The notes below the pieces were generated by a model. It made no database searches, was not told the origin of the DNA, and worked only from the letters and a program-made list of their open reading frames with translations. A DNA stretch of 58,062 bases from a virus. Taxonomy: Duplodnaviria; Caudoviricetes. Location of the stretch: the IMG/VR virus record IMGVR_UViG_3300037608_000036, positions 1 through 58,062 of that record. The stretch is one strand, 5' to 3'. This document shows, one piece after another, positions 40,373-49,413 of the stretch; positions within the stretch are counted from its first letter, which is position 1; the number at the start of each line of letters is the position of its first letter. The translations under genes and the position numbers were made by a program.

Positions 40373-40710
40373 AAAAGCTGATTATCATACTGGCAATCCT
40401 TCTCGCAAGCTGCGGCTGGCACACGCGGGATAAGGTTCTCTTTGGAACGTTCACCGCCTTGAACCTCGCCGACATAGCCCAAACAGCCTACATCTACGAT
40501 CACCCGAAAGAGTTCAGAGAGGCCAATCCGATTATGGGCAGGAACACGCACGTTCCAATCATGGCGGGGGTAAATGTCGCCGCTTATTTTTTCGCTGATT
40601 ACCTTGAGCCTGAACATAGGACGTGGTTCCTGGTGCCAATGGTTTTACTGAAAGGGGTAGTTGTTTTCCATAACAATTCACTTGGAGTTGGGTTCGCAAT
40701 GCCATTTTGA
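40369..40710 (+). CDS. Membrane lipoprotein (DUF5658-like)
   Basis: Lipobox LASC; 'AD..QT...EANP' motif; hydrophobic helices. Confidence 0.6.
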   Translation: MKKLIIILAILLASCGWHTRDKVLFGTFTALNLADIAQTAYIYDHPKEFREANPIMGRNTHVPIMAGVNVAAYFFADYLEPEHRTWFLVPMVLLKGVVVFHNNSLGVGFAMPF

Positions 40711-40711
40711 A

Positions 40712-41029
40712 ATGATGCTGGATATGCTGGATAATTTAGAATCAATCAAGGAAATGTTCGACGAGGCTAGTATAGACGAGCAAAACAGGTTTCTTTTTAA
40801 AGTGCTCATGGGGTTAAGGGACGAAATGCGAAAAGGGTTTGATGGCGTAAACACATCAATTGGCGAGATGAAAAACGCCTGCGATTGCAGAAAAGGCAAC
40901 TGCCTTGAAGCATTCGTAACAAAAAAACAATCTCGGATATTCGGGATAATGGTTGCCCTGTTTGCTGCCGGTCTTGGTATCGGAACCGGGGTAATCACGT
41001 GGCTGGAATTGGCGAAGGCGATAAAATGA
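40712..41029 (+). CDS. Membrane protein with C-terminal TM (lysis block)
   Basis: Coiled coil plus one C-terminal TM; adjacent to the endolysin. Confidence 0.55.
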   Translation: MMLDMLDNLESIKEMFDEASIDEQNRFLFKVLMGLRDEMRKGFDGVNTSIGEMKNACDCRKGNCLEAFVTKKQSRIFGIMVALFAAGLGIGTGVITWLELAKAIK

Positions 41030-41328
41030 CGGTCTGGCTTAAAATAGACGTATGCGGAGACCTGCAACCCATCGTGGCGAAGGCCAGGGGTAAGGTCGCT
41101 AAAATATATCAGGATCACGGCGAAGATCTCTACATCACGTCCAAGCGCGACGGAATTCACAGTTTAGGCTCCCTTCACTATGAGGGTTTGGCTTTCGATT
41201 TTCGCTACCCCGTGAGGCCGATTGATGGGCTTGTCGAAAAAATCAAAGCAGCGCTTGGGCCGTACTTCGATGTTATCGCAGAAGGAGACCACCTTCACGT
41301 TGAATACGACCCCAAGCATAAGTTGTAA
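41026..41328 (+). CDS. Endolysin, peptidase M15 family
   Basis: 'ITS..DG.H...SLHY.GLAFD' and 'E.DHLHVE' Zn-peptidase motifs. Confidence 0.85.
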   Translation: MTVWLKIDVCGDLQPIVAKARGKVAKIYQDHGEDLYITSKRDGIHSLGSLHYEGLAFDFRYPVRPIDGLVEKIKAALGPYFDVIAEGDHLHVEYDPKHKL

Positions 41329-41421
41329 GTGTCCTGCTTGCCATTGCGAAAAAAACAGTCGGGAGCTTTGTTCGTGCATCTATTTTGAGGACGGGAAGTT
41401 AAAATCACGGGGGGAAAGACC

Positions 41422-41640
41422 ATGAAAGAACTATCGCCCGGAATGAAGATTGCGCTGTTGATCATGCTTATTTCGTTCCTGTATATGTTCTCAGTGACAT
41501 TTTTTCCGATGCCGGAAGCTGGAAGCGAACACTCTAAAACCATTGTCGGCTTTCTATTGGGCACGGCCTTTAGCACCCTGATCAATTATTATTGGGGTAA
41601 CAGTTCAAGTCGGAACAGCGGGCCGGAAGATGAAAAATGA
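41422..41640 (+). CDS. Putative holin
   Basis: Two TM segments, 'INYYWGNSSS' tail; after the endolysin. Confidence 0.65.
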   Translation: MKELSPGMKIALLIMLISFLYMFSVTFFPMPEAGSEHSKTIVGFLLGTAFSTLINYYWGNSSSRNSGPEDEK

Positions 41641-42188
41641 ACGACCTGACGACCTACGAGCTTGTTAGAGACAACATCAAGCCGGGGGATATGGTATCAT
41701 TCTCCGGGAACGGTGTCCTATCCTGGCTGATTAAGCGGTGGTCAAACAGGTCTCATATCGCCTGCATCGGGTCCAGCCCCACGATTCATCATGAGCGAGT
41801 CCTGATCATCGAGGCCGACGAGGGAGAGGTAAACGTCCGGGCATTGTCTGCAAAGTTGTTAAAATACAGCGGTATAGCATACTGGCATCCGCTAAAACCG
41901 GAGCTTGATTTGTACCGGGACGCCATAGACGCCTTTCTTTGGCGCACAATCGGCGTTCATTATGATTACGACTCACTTTTTAAAAACATCGTCTGCCGGG
42001 TCTCAAGCGATGGGGAAAAGTTTTTCTGTTCTGAGCTTTCGGGGGAGTGCATCAAGCAGATCAAACTGGAAGCCCTCGAAAAGTTCCTGCCGGATAAGTA
42101 CCTGCAAAAACTGTTAGACGGGGTTGCCCTTCGACCGGGGGACGTTGCCGGCCTGCCGATATTCCTGCCGGAAGTTAGGCTGATTTAG
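41637..42188 (+). CDS. Permuted papain-like amidase (YiiX/NlpC-P60 permuted)
   Basis: 'PGD', 'SHIA', 'YDY', 'FFCSEL', 'PGD' with His before Cys. Confidence 0.8.
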   Translation: MNDLTTYELVRDNIKPGDMVSFSGNGVLSWLIKRWSNRSHIACIGSSPTIHHERVLIIEADEGEVNVRALSAKLLKYSGIAYWHPLKPELDLYRDAIDAFLWRTIGVHYDYDSLFKNIVCRVSSDGEKFFCSELSGECIKQIKLEALEKFLPDKYLQKLLDGVALRPGDVAGLPIFLPEVRLI

Positions 42189-42247
42189 CGGGAAAGCGGA
42201 GGAAGCTAAGACACCTCCTACGGGCCGCAACCTATGACAGCGCGGCC

Positions 42248-42673
42248 CTAATGGCTAACTTTCCATGGCTTCAAGTATGGTATTTTTTTTACAATCCGGT
42301 ATCTGGCCGGGACTTCTAAAATTTTCCCGGCAAAAGTCCATACCGAAAAAATAAAACTCTTATTCCGATCTGTGTCCGCCGGCATCCGGTCCACCTGTTC
42401 AGTCCCGATGTGTAGGCAAAACGGCGAGTCCGAATAATCCTCAAACAAGAGTTCCAGAGCGTCCGCTCTTCCCTGGTCCGGCCACGTGCCCCGTGACACA
42501 ATAACCTCTTTTGCAAGCAATGTGCCGTCTATTTTCATATTGTCAGGTATCAGCAGCCGGAATGCGCTGGCGTTAATGGACAGATAAACATATCCTTTTG
42601 CGGAATATTCAGAGGTCCAGTAATTTGATGACACGATTTCAGGGCCGTTGTTTTCGATTGTGATTAAATTCAT
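42248..42673 (-). CDS. Conserved hypothetical protein
   Basis: 141-aa ORF at the end of the early arm. Confidence 0.7.
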   Translation of the reverse strand: MNLITIENNGPEIVSSNYWTSEYSAKGYVYLSINASAFRLLIPDNMKIDGTLLAKEVIVSRGTWPDQGRADALELLFEDYSDSPFCLHIGTEQVDRMPADTDRNKSFIFSVWTFAGKILEVPARYRIVKKIPYLKPWKVSH

Positions 42674-42704
42674 TTCCCGCCTATTTCCCCTGAGATTTTA
42701 AGCG

Positions 42705-42717
42705 TAAGTTATTGATT
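42705..42717 (-). promoter_or_regulatory. IHF consensus site
   Basis: AATCAATAACTTA matches WATCAANNNNTTR exactly, in an AT-rich intergenic context. Confidence 0.5.
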
Positions 42718-42829
42718 TTATTAAATGTCATCCCTTTTCTCCTTTCTCGACCCTGGTTGTCCCGGTGCGCATTCTTTTCCGGTCTGCCGCTAAAGCCGGT
42801 GCGATCTCCGCATCTGGTGGAGTGAATTG

Positions 42830-43045
42830 TTATACAACCTTTAAAAACGATTCTGTTGGCTTTCCGGTAATCAAGCTCATAGCAAAAGCCTTTGTAAAAT
42901 CTGGAGCTTTATCAAACTTACAACCCTTTACCCACCGCCCACCATCGTAAGCAGCAAAACAATATCTCGGATTTTCACCGTAATTAAATTCGCACACAGT
43001 AGAGTTGGTTTGTTTACCACAGCCCTCACAGATAAAGGTTGTCAT
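42830..43045 (-). CDS. Small Cys-rich hypothetical protein
   Basis: GAGG RBS; CEGC and further cysteines. Confidence 0.6.
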   Translation of the reverse strand: MTTFICEGCGKQTNSTVCEFNYGENPRYCFAAYDGGRWVKGCKFDKAPDFTKAFAMSLITGKPTESFLKVV

Positions 43046-43090
43046 AATATCCTCTGGTGTATAACATATAATAGATGGAAAAATTTCCGC

Positions 43091-43480
43091 TTATACCTGA
43101 TCTGCCTTCAATTCGCCGTCCGGGTCCAGGCAGATGGCGGCGGCTCGGAGCATTTCCGAATATACCGGCTTCCATTTCAGCATGACCGCCCATGTGTCGG
43201 GCGAAAATGTTATCGGGTCTACACCGTAAAGCCTGCCGACTAAAATCAGCAGGTCTTTCCGCAGCTCTGCCAGCTCGATTTCCGCTTCCCGCGCCAAGTC
43301 GGTCTGCCGAGCAAGCATCTTGGCGTTCAGGGCCAGCTCCGCTTCCTTCTCGGCAAGGGCTTCAATGGCCTTTTCTCCGGCCTGTATCATGTTTGCGGCC
43401 CATTCCGGCTCACGTTTAACGACCTGTAAAATATTTAGTGGCTGGTCGTAAGAGTCATAATATATCTTGTCTAAATTCAT
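43091..43480 (-). CDS. Hypothetical coiled-coil protein
   Basis: GGAGGAGG RBS; 129 aa. Confidence 0.7.
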   Translation of the reverse strand: MNLDKIYYDSYDQPLNILQVVKREPEWAANMIQAGEKAIEALAEKEAELALNAKMLARQTDLAREAEIELAELRKDLLILVGRLYGVDPITFSPDTWAVMLKWKPVYSEMLRAAAICLDPDGELKADQV

Positions 43481-43644
43481 CCCCTCCTCCTTTCATTTCT
43501 TGTAATCCCAAACCAATTCGACGCACGGAAATTTACACGCCTCCCAGGTCGGCTCAGGCTCCGGCGACACAGCGGCGGCGTACAGGCTGGCAAACATGAT
43601 TAGTCCGGCCAAGATGAGCTTATAAAATAGCTCGGTCGTGAGGT

Positions 43645-44403
43645 TCATTCAAACAACTCTATTTGCTTTTTCGTCTTTTTGTACCACCGTGATGAATCAT
43701 CCAAATACCATGCCTGTAGAAATTCTTTTGGATTTGGATATGCCATTTCCTTGCCTTGCTCAACTCGTTTAAAATAAAGTTTTGATATTTCCCTTTCAAA
43801 TCTCTCGAAAAAGTACGGCCAGCGGTCTCGGTACAGCTTGTGAAGCCGTCCGGTTTTTTCCGAATGATATGGGCACACAACACACCCAATCCGGTCAAAG
43901 CCTTCATCATATAGAAAGAGATAAGGCAAATCGTGTTTCTTTATAAATTCCCAAACTTGATATTCTTTCCAGTACAAAATCGGGTAGTATGTTGTACGGC
44001 CTTTGTAGGTATTTATACGCGGCCTGCTCGCCCTCCTGCTTGATTCTTCTGCCCTGATTCCTTGTACCTGATCCGTGCCGGTCTTTTTTAACAAGGTGCA
44101 GCACCACCTAAGCCTGTCGCTTGGCGGTGAATGCACCGCCAAGTCTCTCCAGAACGTCCGCCCCTTGCGAAATATCTGACAATGCGAATATTCATGCCTG
44201 ATAAATCTCACGACTTCCGGCGCGTCCAATCCAGTAAATGAATATGTCAGGGTATGTTTTATACCCGATAGTTCCATAAGTTTTGCAACTACAACAGAAT
44301 CCTTCCCGCCTGAAAAACCGACATCGGTTCCATCCGGAATATTTTGCTGAACAAATTCTACCGCCTCGGCCTCATAATCCAGGATGTCAAGCAGGGGTCT
44401 CAT
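43645..44403 (-). CDS. Phosphoadenosine phosphosulfate reductase-family protein (DndC/CysH-like)
   Basis: 'FSGGKDS' PP-loop, 'RWCC..LK', 'GIRAEES..R', 'RIGCVVCP'. Confidence 0.88.
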   Translation of the reverse strand: MRPLLDILDYEAEAVEFVQQNIPDGTDVGFSGGKDSVVVAKLMELSGIKHTLTYSFTGLDAPEVVRFIRHEYSHCQIFRKGRTFWRDLAVHSPPSDRLRWCCTLLKKTGTDQVQGIRAEESSRRASRPRINTYKGRTTYYPILYWKEYQVWEFIKKHDLPYLFLYDEGFDRIGCVVCPYHSEKTGRLHKLYRDRWPYFFERFEREISKLYFKRVEQGKEMAYPNPKEFLQAWYLDDSSRWYKKTKKQIELFE

Positions 44404-44588
44404 TTGGCTTTCGGCCTTTCGCCCCGTTTGTATTTTTGCACTGTGAAATGGATTTCGCACACGGGACACTTAACTGCACCTGGCTTTCTCCCCTTAATCT
44501 CATAGTGCGCGATTGTTTTGCAGTAGGGGCATTGTCTCGCAAGCCCCGCCAGCTCATGTCCGTATTTGTTTTCAAGCGCGTGTCTCAT
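44400..44588 (-). CDS. Small Zn-ribbon protein
   Basis: CPYC..CPVC; ATGA overlaps. Confidence 0.55.
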   Translation of the reverse strand: MRHALENKYGHELAGLARQCPYCKTIAHYEIKGRKPGAVKCPVCEIHFTVQKYKRGERPKAK

Positions 44589-44845
44589 GGGCGCAGGTCT
44601 CCCTCCGGATCGATTACGACGTCTGCCGGGTTAAACGGCGCCGGGTCGGTCGTGCCCATTTCGGATTCGTACAAAGCCAGAATGTTTTTCAGGACTTCAA
44701 TCACATATCGAACGGATACATTTGAGAATGCAAGTCGGCCTTCCAGCGATTCCAGCACGGCTTTCAGGGTTTTGATGTGTCTTGGTTGCATAACTCCCCC
44801 TTTAAAAAATAGCCGGGAAAATATTTCCAAATGGCTCGTAAACAA
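44585..44845 (-). CDS. Hypothetical protein (start probably the internal MQPRH)
   Basis: AAGGGGGAG RBS before the internal Met. Confidence 0.5.
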   Translation of the reverse strand: MFTSHLEIFSRLFFKGGVMQPRHIKTLKAVLESLEGRLAFSNVSVRYVIEVLKNILALYESEMGTTDPAPFNPADVVIDPEGDLRP

Positions 44846-45110
44846 TATTCCCGCCCTGAATTTTCGCCGTCATCCATTGGCCGGTTTTCAAATCTATCCG
44901 ATCAAAACAGATGCCCAGTATTTTACTCGATTCAAACGGGACTGGACCATCGAAAATACCGGGCATTCCGGGAGTATCTTTCAGGCATCTCCAGCACCAG
45001 ACCATATGTTCAAACTCTGACCATTCGACATACTGGTTTCCGCACAGGTCGCAATACACTTCGTATGCCGCCGGCGGCTGGACGTAGATCCAACTGCGCT
45101 TTTTTATCAT
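44802..45110 (-). CDS. Hypothetical Zn-binding protein
   Basis: GGAGG RBS before MIKKR; CDLC..CWRC. Confidence 0.6.
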   Translation of the reverse strand: MIKKRSWIYVQPPAAYEVYCDLCGNQYVEWSEFEHMVWCWRCLKDTPGMPGIFDGPVPFESSKILGICFDRIDLKTGQWMTAKIQGGNIVYEPFGNIFPAIF

Positions 45111-45367
45111 GGCTTCCTCCGGCCCCATTGCGGGCCATGCTTTACTACCATGTGGCAATGAATACATTCAATTTTTCCGTTTTCCGCCGAATCATCTCCG
45201 CCAGCGCCGCGGCTCTTAATATGGCTGAAATAACTCCTTCCAAATGATATTGGTTGATGACAGGTCTCACAACGGCCATAGGCACGGTTGAAATACAAAT
45301 CACGTTTCACCTTGCTAAGTTGAGTCGAATTTAGCCTAATGGCCTTGTGCTTCGGGTCTGGTGTCAT
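45107..45367 (-). CDS. Small HNH-family nuclease
   Basis: CETC..HIKSRGAGGDD..EN...CIHCH. Confidence 0.7.
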   Translation of the reverse strand: MTPDPKHKAIRLNSTQLSKVKRDLYFNRAYGRCETCHQPISFGRSYFSHIKSRGAGGDDSAENGKIECIHCHMVVKHGPQWGRRKP

Positions 45368-45556
45368 TTTGTTTCTATCCTTGCACGGTTTGAAATATGA
45401 CATTCCAACGTCGAAAATTCGTCTTCAATCCATTCGGCAACGTCTGAAACTTTTTCGGCATTGCGAAGTTTGATCAAAACTTTTTCAATGATATTTTCTA
45501 TCTCGTTTTTTTCTGGAATCCATATTTCCATGTTCCTCCCTCTGGTTTTAACGGCT

Positions 45557-45766
45557 TCAATCCTTGATTTCTTTTAATGCTTTATACGCCTTTAGCATTT
45601 CCACAACGTCCCCGCTCATGATTGCCTTATCAGCGGCTTGCAATTCCTTTTCAATCATGTATGCGCCGAACCTTCCGACAGGGCCTATTTCTTTATAGTG
45701 GCCCAACACCTCACGGACTCTCGCTTGTTCTTTTGGAAGCAGTTCTCCTAAACTTGGACTTGACAT
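45557..45766 (-). CDS. Conserved phage hypothetical protein
   Basis: GAGGAGG RBS; 69 aa. Confidence 0.7.
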   Translation of the reverse strand: MSSPSLGELLPKEQARVREVLGHYKEIGPVGRFGAYMIEKELQAADKAIMSGDVVEMLKAYKALKEIKD

Positions 45767-45813
45767 AATCCCTCCTCCCCGGTTTTCACGGCTGACCGGA
45801 AACCGTTTGAGGG

Positions 45814-46023
45814 TTATTCATCCCTTGCGATAGATGCGTTAGCCCACATTACAGCTTCTTCCAGCTTGGTAAACGCAAGAGATCTTTCGCGTGAAGCAGG
45901 GCAAAGCCCTTTGATTAGATATGCAAAAGATTTTGCATCGTCTCTAATTTTTTGATAACGTGTTTGTTGACCTCCCTTTGGTGCGTGATAGGTAAAATTG
46001 TTCTCAATCATTTTCTCATCCAT
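45814..46023 (-). CDS. Acb2/Tad1-like helical-hairpin protein (candidate cyclic-nucleotide sponge)
   Basis: 'FTYH.P...Y..IR' and 'SRERSLAFTKLEEAVMWAN' resemble the Tad1 C-terminal hairpin (SRENACALTHVEEALMW). Confidence 0.6.
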   Translation of the reverse strand: MDEKMIENNFTYHAPKGGQQTRYQKIRDDAKSFAYLIKGLCPASRERSLAFTKLEEAVMWANASIARDE

Positions 46024-46110
46024 TTTAAATCACCCCCTTTCGATCCTTGCGACCCCTGCCGCCTTATTTCCGCCGTTTAATCCAGGTTGATAAGAGGGGC
46101 CGCAAGGGGG

Positions 46111-46489
46111 TTATTTGTCAAGTTCTTGGACGGGCTTTCCAACTTCATCCCCGTAATCCAATGCTATTTCAACGCACATTTTTATAATCCGTTTTCTGGC
46201 TCTCAATTCCGATTCGGGCAAGTCTGTATCATCAAACACATCAAGACAATCCCGTAAATCTCCAGCCGTGCCTTTCAAGCCATTCGGCAACCGGGGCCAA
46301 CTGCTCAGGAACGGAACATCGTGCTGTAAATATTTTAACGGTCCGCCCCTCTTCGAGCCACAACTTCACACGATCGAGCATGGCCGGAATTGGAGGGCCG
46401 ATATATTCGGGACCGACCCATCCATGATATTCCGCAAGCGTTCCGTCCAGGTCTACTCCTATCCAGCCTTTTCCGACAGTATCGTTCAT
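46111..46489 (-). pseudogene. Truncated HAD-like phosphatase joined out of frame to a headless gene fragment
   Basis: 'IGVDLDGTLA' and 'IFTAR' present but the C-terminal DD motif is missing; an alternate frame continues TAGDLRDCLD...ELDK*. Confidence 0.55.
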
Positions 46490-47376
46490 TTCGGATATTC
46501 CTCCCAAGTCCGCCCGTCCAGCAGGCGGCCGGCGGCTTTTTTGCCGACGCGGATAGATCTCGATCCGTTCGGCTTTGTCTTGATTTCGTCGTGAAATTGT
46601 CCATCTGCACACCGCCATCCGTCATATCCTGGAGGACACTCCTCGGGGTGATAGTCGATCCCGATAAACTCTCCCCATCCCTTAAAAAAGAACGGCACCC
46701 CGGCAGCCTGGCATTGATCGCGGTCGTGTCGCGGAATGTCCGGGTGCATCGGTCGCGCTCCGGCTCCGCTTTCCCCGCCGTTAATCAGCCACGCTCTGTT
46801 TCCAAGCGCCAGAAATTCGGGCGGATAGGTGATTGCGCCGAGCGCCGGTTCATGGGTGATCAGATAGACCGCAGCCGGGATCTGCAACAGAAGCGGGATG
46901 CGTTTGTCGGCCTGCTCCTGCGTTTCGGTGGTGACGCCGAGCCAGAGGTTTTTGATAGGCCATGTGTCTGTCCGCGAAATGCGGAGCCGGTCTTTAGTTA
47001 GTAGTCCCATCCGCTCCGGTCTTTTTGTCAGGATTATGAATGTATGCTGAGGGCACAGCGTGATAGTTGCGAGAACGCTTTCTAACAATGTTACCGAAAC
47101 GTCGGGATGAAACAAGTCCCCCATGCTCTGAACAAATATCCGCTTCGGCTTTTTCCAGCGCAGGGGCTTTTCAAGCTCTTTATGGACCAGCTCAAACTCT
47201 GCTGCCCGGCCATTAAACGGCAGGCCATTGCCGAACCGCTTATTCATTGATTCGGCATAGCAATGGTCACAGCCGGGGCTTACTTTTGTGCAATGATATC
47301 CCCGGCCGGATTCGCCTTTGATTACGTCCTGGATTGGGTTGATCGTTTCATCCGCCCATTCAATTCTGGTTGGCAT
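46486..47376 (-). CDS. DUF5131 (phage Gp37/Gp68 family) protein
   Basis: 'IEWAD..NP', 'C.KVSPGCDHCYA', 'IFVQSMGDLFH', 'LTKRP', 'GGESG..ARP', 'PFFFK.WG', 'LLDGRTW'. Confidence 0.92.
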   Translation of the reverse strand: MPTRIEWADETINPIQDVIKGESGRGYHCTKVSPGCDHCYAESMNKRFGNGLPFNGRAAEFELVHKELEKPLRWKKPKRIFVQSMGDLFHPDVSVTLLESVLATITLCPQHTFIILTKRPERMGLLTKDRLRISRTDTWPIKNLWLGVTTETQEQADKRIPLLLQIPAAVYLITHEPALGAITYPPEFLALGNRAWLINGGESGAGARPMHPDIPRHDRDQCQAAGVPFFFKGWGEFIGIDYHPEECPPGYDGWRCADGQFHDEIKTKPNGSRSIRVGKKAAGRLLDGRTWEEYPK

Positions 47377-47546
47377 CTATCCCCCTGACCTTTCGTATTT
47401 TCTTCTGTAAAACCAGGAAATAACAGTGGAATTTCCTGGCATGGTTTTGATTTCGGTACGCTCCCCAGGGCATTACAAAAGATTGCGCTGTTTCTATGGC
47501 TTTGATTTCGAGAGGGGTCATAATATTGTATCTGTCCTAAAGAATT

Positions 47547-48029
47547 TTATTTAGTCCCCATGGCGAAATTATATTTATCTTCCGGGTGCGGAAGAACGAT
47601 TCTTTTTTCACTGATAGCGTCATGCTCGATGTCATTTAGATACTCCGTGAACTGCTTCACATTCGCATCTGTGGTGCTTGTAAGTTTAACAATCTGATCA
47701 GCTAAAAGGGACGCCTCTTTTTCCATGCCGATTTTGTAAACGTCCCTCACGGCTTTGATCATGGCGGCATACTCCGGATCATCACGTTCAAAAATATGAA
47801 CCAAAAACTTTTTCTTATATTCGTGGTGCATGGAGTCTTTTGTTTCTCCGAGTTCTCCGGCTATAAGCGTAAGCCACATCCAGTAAAGTGAGTTCTGGTC
47901 TATCGTCCGGTCTTTGTGGTGTTCCCTGATAATAATTTCATTGATCGGGTCCAGGGGTAATGCCTCGATAACCTTTAAAGCGTTACCCCTGATATGCTCA
48001 TCCCGTATGACAAAAGTGTGTTTCATCAA
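47547..48029 (-). CDS. ninB: NinB/Orf-like recombination protein
   Basis: 'RTIDQNSLYW', 'STT..NVKQF.EYL..IE' motifs. Confidence 0.75.
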   Translation of the reverse strand: MMKHTFVIRDEHIRGNALKVIEALPLDPINEIIIREHHKDRTIDQNSLYWMWLTLIAGELGETKDSMHHEYKKKFLVHIFERDDPEYAAMIKAVRDVYKIGMEKEASLLADQIVKLTSTTDANVKQFTEYLNDIEHDAISEKRIVLPHPEDKYNFAMGTK

Positions 48030-49387
48030 TTCCCGTTGGGTATCAGGGTTTTAACGTCCTTGCCCTGCTGCCTGTAACAGGCTAAACAGTAAAGAACGAA
48101 CTCTGCCGCCATATCCGCATCGGCCTTAACTTCATCCCATGTCATGCCGGTTTCACTCGCCGCCTGTTCAAGCAGCGCCGGCGCGATAGTTTTGATCCGG
48201 GCATGGATTTTTTCGCACTTCGCCAGCTTTTCTTCCGGCTCCAGACCGGCAAACAGATCGGCCTGGGTTGCGGGTTTATCCGGTTCCGTTACGGTTTGAT
48301 CCGGTTTAACTGATTCTTTTAGCGCCTGGTGCATCTCGCGCGGGGTCTTGCCGGCGTACTCGATGCCCGCCGCCTTGCAGGCTTCAATCAGGAGGCGGGG
48401 CTTGTCGCCCTTGTACCTCTCCATATAATCGGCTGTTGCCGGGTCCCATGCGCCGGACGGCTTCGGCTTTGCGGGTGGCGGCTCCTGGGAGGTTGCCGTC
48501 TCGTTTTCCGGCGGCGGTGCGCCCTTTGCGCTACCGTTCCCTTCGCCGGCAGGGGCCGCGCTCTTTTGCTTTTCAAGCCAGCCGTTAAACTGATTCAGGA
48601 AGTCGCTGAAATTCTCGACGGCCATGATCTTGACTTCATCCGGTGTTTTATTTAATGCTTTGGCGCTCATGACGACAAACTTTTCAACCATCGGAAGGTC
48701 TGAATCGTTGATGATGTTTTTATCCACCAGGGCGGTAAAGGCAGATGTGTCAAGCGGTTCTGTTTTTTCATAACTTCCGTTTTTGATCTGTGACATATCA
48801 ATGGTCGGAGCCTTGATTTCCGCTTCCTCATAAATGCCTTGAAATTCATCCGGCCAGAGCGTCCGCAAACCTTGTCCTTCAGCTACTTTGGCAATCATGG
48901 TCGGCTGATTGTCTTCTTCCCAAAAGCGGGTTGTTTTGCCTTCGCGGGTCTTTTTGATGTACCCTTTAAGGTTGACTTCGATCCGGAACGGGGTTTTCCA
49001 TCCATCCGGCTGCGCCTCGAAAAATCCCCCGACCAGTTTTTCACCTTCAAGGATAATCCCCGCGCTGTCTCTTAACGAACCATCGGCTTTTTGAACGATG
49101 ATTCCTTTTTTCCAGCCGACGCAATCCTTTTGCGCCCTGGCCCTGGACCGGAAATAGTCAATACTGGTGATGATTGCGGCCGGATCGTTGCCGTATTTGA
49201 TAAGATAAGCGTCTTTTTTAAACGGGTTTAATCCCCGCGACTTGCAGACGCCTAAAAAATACATAAGTTCTTGATTGGTTACGGGGCCGCTTCCGGCAAC
49301 CAAAAACTTTTTGACGTTCTCAAAAGACAGGGTTACTTCCTGGCCGTCCCTTGCCTGGTATTTAACAATTCCTTTTTCTTCACTCAT
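48026..49387 (-). CDS. bet: Bet/RecT-type single-strand annealing protein with long C-terminal extension
   Basis: 'CKSRGLNPFKKDAYLIKY', 'PTMIAKVAEGQGLR..WP..F.G.Y..E'. Confidence 0.88.
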   Translation of the reverse strand: MSEEKGIVKYQARDGQEVTLSFENVKKFLVAGSGPVTNQELMYFLGVCKSRGLNPFKKDAYLIKYGNDPAAIITSIDYFRSRARAQKDCVGWKKGIIVQKADGSLRDSAGIILEGEKLVGGFFEAQPDGWKTPFRIEVNLKGYIKKTREGKTTRFWEEDNQPTMIAKVAEGQGLRTLWPDEFQGIYEEAEIKAPTIDMSQIKNGSYEKTEPLDTSAFTALVDKNIINDSDLPMVEKFVVMSAKALNKTPDEVKIMAVENFSDFLNQFNGWLEKQKSAAPAGEGNGSAKGAPPPENETATSQEPPPAKPKPSGAWDPATADYMERYKGDKPRLLIEACKAAGIEYAGKTPREMHQALKESVKPDQTVTEPDKPATQADLFAGLEPEEKLAKCEKIHARIKTIAPALLEQAASETGMTWDEVKADADMAAEFVLYCLACYRQQGKDVKTLIPNGN

Positions 49388-49413
49388 GGAACCTCCTTTG
49401 GTTGATTAAATGG

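Noticed and set aside
42763-42790. dif/XerC site (GGTGCGCAT)
   Set aside because: No XerD arm at the correct spacing
43645-44403. Complete Dnd phosphorothioation system or sulfate-assimilation auxiliary gene
   Set aside because: Only a lone PAPS-reductase-family gene; no dndA/B/D/E or cys partners
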